Origin: Callorhinchus milii
Taxonomy: Eukaryota
Direction of reading: 5' to 3'
Assembly: GCF_018977255.1 (NCBI RefSeq)
Contig: NW_024704743.1
Coordinates: forward strand, 69,442,001-69,506,000
DNA: 64,000 nucleotides
The notes under the pieces are model-generated. The model was not told the DNA's origin and made no database searches. It saw only the letters and a list, made by a program, of their open reading frames with translations. The stretch's first letter is position 1, and each line of letters opens with the position of its first letter. Below, in pieces: positions 62,063 through 64,000 of the stretch. A program made the position numbers and the translations under genes.

Positions 62063-62251
62063 CGCTCCCTCCCTCTCTCCCTCCCTCTCTCCCCCTCCCT
62101 CCCTCTCTCCCCCTCCCTCCCTCCCTCCCTCCCTCTCTCCCCCTCCCTCCCCTCTCTCCCTCTCCCCCTCCCTCCCTCCCTCCCTCCTCTCTTCCTCTCT
62201 CCCCCTCCCTCTCCCCCTCTCTCCCTCCCTCCCTCTCCTCCTCTCTCCCTC
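62063..62251. repeat. Polypyrimidine (CCCT/CT) tract at start of intron 1
   Basis: About 190 nt of essentially pure C/T. Confidence 0.95.
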
Positions 62252-62377
62252 ATCGCCCGACGCTCCCGCAGGGGGTGGGGGGGGGGGCGTCTGTCCCACA
62301 GCCTCACCGCTGAGGGCACCTTCTGCCACCCACCCCCCACCCCCACCCACGACCCACCCCCCACCACCACCACTACA

Positions 62378-62480
62378 GTATAATAATAATAATACTCGCA
62401 TTTGATACGGCGCCTTATTGCATCCTCGAGACGTCTCAAAGCGCTTCACGGAATATACCGTACAGTGCCATCCGTGCACT
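62378..62480 (-). mobile_element. SINE 3' fragment in intron 1 (another at 63945-64000)
   Basis: (aat)n-actcgcatttgatacggcgcc...tctcaaagcgcttcacggaatatac. Confidence 0.75.
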
Positions 62481-64000
62481 GAGGATCCCTCTCTTCCCCC
62501 CACATCCCACACACCCCCCCCCCCCCCGCGCGCCCCCGAAAGAAAGACACGCACTATGCGGGTAGACCCCCGCGTGCTGTCTTGTCTCCAGGCAATTCGA
62601 CGCTGAACCACTTTTATTTATCCCGCCCGCGAGGGGAAAAGAAGGACACGCGGTTCAGGCAGCTCCTGCTCCGCCAGCGCTTGTGCTCCAAGTTGTACCG
62701 GAAATTTAAAGACCTGAGAGAAAAGTAACACTTTATTGGATTGGAAAATGTTGTAACGTTCTGCCGCGTAAGCCGACAATGTCGATCCCGCCACCAAAAT
62801 CAATATTACATTGGAATGAATGTTCATACGGAACATGAAATGAAGAAACGGAAAGTGCAGTAAAGAGCTCTGTTCTGCTTGAGTTGTAGAGGTGGGGGTT
62901 TTGGCGAGCTGGGGGCACATTGATTTATTTCAATTCTAGCTCAGGGAGTTTTTAATATCAATTGCCAAAAAAAATCCAGGTTTGTTGGTCGGTGGATTGT
63001 TTGGGTGTGAGAGAAATGAAGGGCTGAAGGTAGATCAGCTGTGACAACGATGTGCTGAGCGGCCAAATATGTTTTCCACTTTGGGAAGGGGAGGTGCGCG
63101 CGTGTGTGTGTGTGTGAAGGCTACATACACAGTGAGAGCAATTTATATTGATTTACATTGGGGATGGTATATCCGCATCATTTCTACAATAAACAGAAAG
63201 ACTATTCACACCAGTTACATGTCGTCTCATTTTACAATGAATAGATATTGTTTTACATGTCAGTGGTTTTCACTCCAACACTGTCTGTGTTCTGCTCCTT
63301 TAACGTGTGCACTGGCTGCACAAGGCATGTTTATAAATGGTTAATAGTTTGAGTGTCTGGGATTTGGGTAATCCAGATAATAAAGGGCCAATGGCAAGCA
63401 GATGCATTGCGCCGACTGAGCCTTGAGCATTCCAGGCTAAGAGGGTTAATAGCATTCGAAAATTAGATTTATTATAAAGCAACTTGCCAACCAGGAACGA
63501 ATAAGTTAACGGCTGAATGACATAGAACTCTGATAAGAATCGTATCTTGGTTGAAATCCATGGTTTAGAGAGTCTTATTATCGGAGTGGCTTTTTTAAAA
63601 TTTGGTAGAGGGTCATAACGCTGTTAAGTTCTGTTTTCCTGTGGCAAAATTAAGTTGATCCACTCAGCAATCCACAGTAATGTGTCATGCGTCAGTAATG
63701 AGTACAATTTAATTAATGCAGGCAGCACAAGCTTTGGAAGTGCAATTAATTGAGATTAAGCAATTAAGCAATGTACAATTTAGGGATCAGATCACATTGG
63801 CAACACAGAATTGTCCATGATAAGGGTTATGTTTTAAAACACACAACACTGGGCAAATTGGAGTTGGTAGAGTATACAACAAAGGCTGGAATTAAATAAA
63901 AACAAAATCCATTGGAAATGCTTCAGAGTCTGAAGAAGAAATTAATAATAAGAATAATCCTTGCATTTGTTGTCGTGCTTTATCACATCTTCGAGACGTC

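Larger units (their letters stand above)
61300..62690 (+). promoter_or_regulatory. CpG island over promoter, exon 1 and start of intron 1
   Basis: Abrupt rise in GC and CpG density relative to the CpG-depleted rest of the window; overlaps the first coding exon. Confidence 0.85.

Noticed and set aside
61393..62439. 348-aa minus-strand ORF and other overlapping ORFs at 59.3-62.6 kb
   Set aside because: Low-complexity translations of the minisatellite, the CT tract and the antisense of the GC-rich exon.

Overview
This is vertebrate genomic DNA. Its repeat landscape points to a cartilaginous fish, probably a chimaera or other holocephalan (inferred from recalled repeat families, not from a search). 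The first ~59 kb contain no recognisable host exon. They are packed with decayed retroposons: a young and an older tRNA-Ala-headed SINE subfamily, Deu-type SINEs, L2 and CR1 LINE fragments, about ten 3' ends of an unclassified LINE with a CCHC-type C-terminal motif, Penelope-like remnants, hAT and other MITEs, and a possible Gypsy gag-protease relic. The window ends with a 1.7 kb G-quadruplex-type minisatellite, a CpG island and the first coding exon of a polypeptide GalNAc-transferase, most likely GALNT15. That exon carries a 1-nt frameshift that is probably an assembly error. I found no new protein-coding system. The most interesting signals are in mobile-element biology: (1) the young SINE subfamily has the same 3' stem-loop as the local L2, while the older subfamily does not; (2) several locally templated duplications sit next to (TTG)n L2-type tails; (3) a palindromic mini-Penelope has a candidate TSD; (4) a CR1 lacks its RT region and has an L2 in its place; (5) a twin-priming-type inversion occurs in a LINE that does not look like L1. 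Most of the provided ORFs are spurious.
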